Positions 37,452 to 38,935 of a stretch of 38,935 nt of DNA are shown here, piece after piece. The DNA lies in contig CAYUIC010000003.1 of NCBI GenBank assembly GCA_964444675.1, positions 1 through 38,935 of the forward strand. The letters run 5' to 3'. The notes below the pieces were generated by a model. The model had not been told where the DNA came from. It made no database searches and was given only the letters and a program-made list of their open reading frames with translations. The DNA is from an uncultured Gammaproteobacteria bacterium. GTDB taxonomy: Bacteria; Patescibacteriota; Patescibacteriia; Patescibacteriales; Patescibacteriaceae. Numbering within the stretch: position 1 is the stretch's first letter; each line of letters begins with the position of its first letter. Made by a program: the position numbers and the translations under genes.

Positions 37452-38429
37452 TTATTTCCCTTCAAATATCGCTCTGATTATATCATCAACCGGCACTTCT
37501 TCTATAGTTATGTCGTCGATGGGCAAATCCGAGGCGATTAGTTTGGCAGCAATTTCTTTAACTTTTTCTCTCGGCACGCGTATCGCTGCTTTAATATCAT
37601 CATATTCCTCAACGCTTCCATATGCAACTAAGGCGCTTTTCGGGATTGTTTCGGTAGCCGTGATGCGGATGACTTTTTCCTGGGCGTATTTCTTAATTAA
37701 TGTACTAAAGTTACCGTCATAAATAATCTTACCAAAGTTGATAATAATAACTCTCTCGCATAGTTCTTTAATATCTTCCATATAATGAGAAGTAAGCAAA
37801 ACGGTTGTTTTCTTTTTCTTATTATATTTTTTTATAAAGTCACGAATATTCTTCTGTGCGACAACATCCAAACCAATTGTCGGCTCGTCAAGCAATAAAA
37901 TCTTAGGCGCATGCATAAGAGCGGCAATTAATTCACATTTCATTCGCTGACCCAAAGACAAACGCTTAACCGGAATTTTTAAAATATCTCGGACATCAAG
38001 TAAATCCACTAGTTCATTAAAGGATTCATTAAACTCATCGTCTGATAATTCGTGAAACTCTTTAAACAGAAGAAAGCTATCAATCGCCGGCAAAACTTGC
38101 ATTAATTGGTTTTTTTGACCAAGCACAATGCCAAACAACTTTTTAAATTCTTTTTTACGTTGCTGCGGATTAAATCCCAAAACATCTACCTGCCCGCTAC
38201 TCGGATATAAAATACCCGACAGTATTTTTAATGTAGTTGTTTTGCCTGCACCATTCGGCCCCAGAAAACCAACAACCTCTCCTTCTTTAATATTAAATGA
38301 AATATCACTAACCGCATCAGCGAAAGATTTTTTTCGATTAACAAGTGCTTTAATGGTCGCCCACAATCCTGCGTTTTTCTCAAACAGCTCATAACGTTTA
38401 ACTAAATTGTTGACTGTGATTACATCCAT
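37452..38429 (-). CDS. ABC transporter ATP-binding protein (start at ATG 38429)
   Basis: GPNGAGKTT, LSLGQRM, LLLDEPT, TSH. Confidence 0.95.
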   Translation of the reverse strand: MDVITVNNLVKRYELFEKNAGLWATIKALVNRKKSFADAVSDISFNIKEGEVVGFLGPNGAGKTTTLKILSGILYPSSGQVDVLGFNPQQRKKEFKKLFGIVLGQKNQLMQVLPAIDSFLLFKEFHELSDDEFNESFNELVDLLDVRDILKIPVKRLSLGQRMKCELIAALMHAPKILLLDEPTIGLDVVAQKNIRDFIKKYNKKKKTTVLLTSHYMEDIKELCERVIIINFGKIIYDGNFSTLIKKYAQEKVIRITATETIPKSALVAYGSVEEYDDIKAAIRVPREKVKEIAAKLIASDLPIDDITIEEVPVDDIIRAIFEGK

Positions 38430-38430
38430 A

Positions 38431-38935
38431 TTATGAACCAACGGCTTCATATCTCTTAAGCCCCAATTTCCACACTATATGAACCAAAAGCGCCAGAATG
38501 CCAATCCACACAAGCTGGATAAGCAATCCATGATACCCTTGCTCAAGAGATATTTTTTTTAAATATAATTGTGCCGGAATAAAAAATGAATACTGAAAAG
38601 GAAGATAGGTGCTCGCAACCACGGCGGCCGTTGGCAATAAACTTATTGGGAAATATCCACCGGAAAAGAATCTTTTTAAGCGTTCTATAGATTGATGTAA
38701 ACCATCAATTTCTTCAGTCCAGAATGATATGCAGCCAACTAAAAATCCCATGAGCAATTCAATAATAAACGCGAAGAGCAACATAATCAAGATAATTCCC
38801 AAATAAGGCAATTCAAAGTTAAATATAAATTTATCCAAAAAGAATAAAATAACGGCTGACTGGGTAATCAACGATATTACGGTCACTAATGATGTTCTAC
38901 CTAATTCATTTAGAAAAACAAACTTTAAGAAAGGA
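38431..38935 (-). CDS. ABC-2 family (DUF990-type) permease, 3' part; runs off window
   Basis: Frame open to window edge; FFSGGYFPISLLP, LPFQYSFFIP, GLKRYEAVG. Confidence 0.88.
   Translation of the reverse strand, partial: PFLKFVFLNELGRTSLVTVISLITQSAVILFFLDKFIFNFELPYLGIILIMLLFAFIIELLMGFLVGCISFWTEEIDGLHQSIERLKRFFSGGYFPISLLPTAAVVASTYLPFQYSFFIPAQLYLKKISLEQGYHGLLIQLVWIGILALLVHIVWKLGLKRYEAVGS

Overview
Bacterial chromosome segment, genetic code 11, most likely from a Patescibacteria/CPR (Parcubacteria-like) genome. Evidence: rpmD/L30 is absent between rpsE and rplO, genes are tightly packed with no Shine-Dalgarno motif, a DUF5671-type protein is present, and several ribosomal proteins have long terminal extensions. 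Almost everything is on the minus strand: an ABC transporter, a DUF4406-like gene, a DUF262 + HEPN pair and a site-2 protease; then the str, S10 and spc ribosomal clusters (rpsL to secY); then adk, map, ruvX, recO, scpA/scpB, a D,D-carboxypeptidase, tpiA, a class I aldolase, a TPR protein, tRNA-Thr, tRNA-Tyr and the start of rpmG. Two accessory regions stand out. (1) About 8 kb lies between secY and adk. It carries a two-gene module: a ~1275-aa protein (putative beta-propeller, coiled coil, MoxR/CbbQ-type AAA+ ATPase with altered Walker motifs) and a 1055-aa protein (transglutaminase-like Cys-His-Asp domain, coiled coil, vWA). An orphan expression unit follows, bracketed by an exact 37-bp duplication of the adk 5' end. 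(2) An AT-rich plus-strand island (32.3-34.8 kb) holds orphan genes, most with their own promoter, SD and/or terminator, with a shared upstream motif and two small ORFs missing from the ORF track. Domain calls come from reading motifs by eye; no database search was run.
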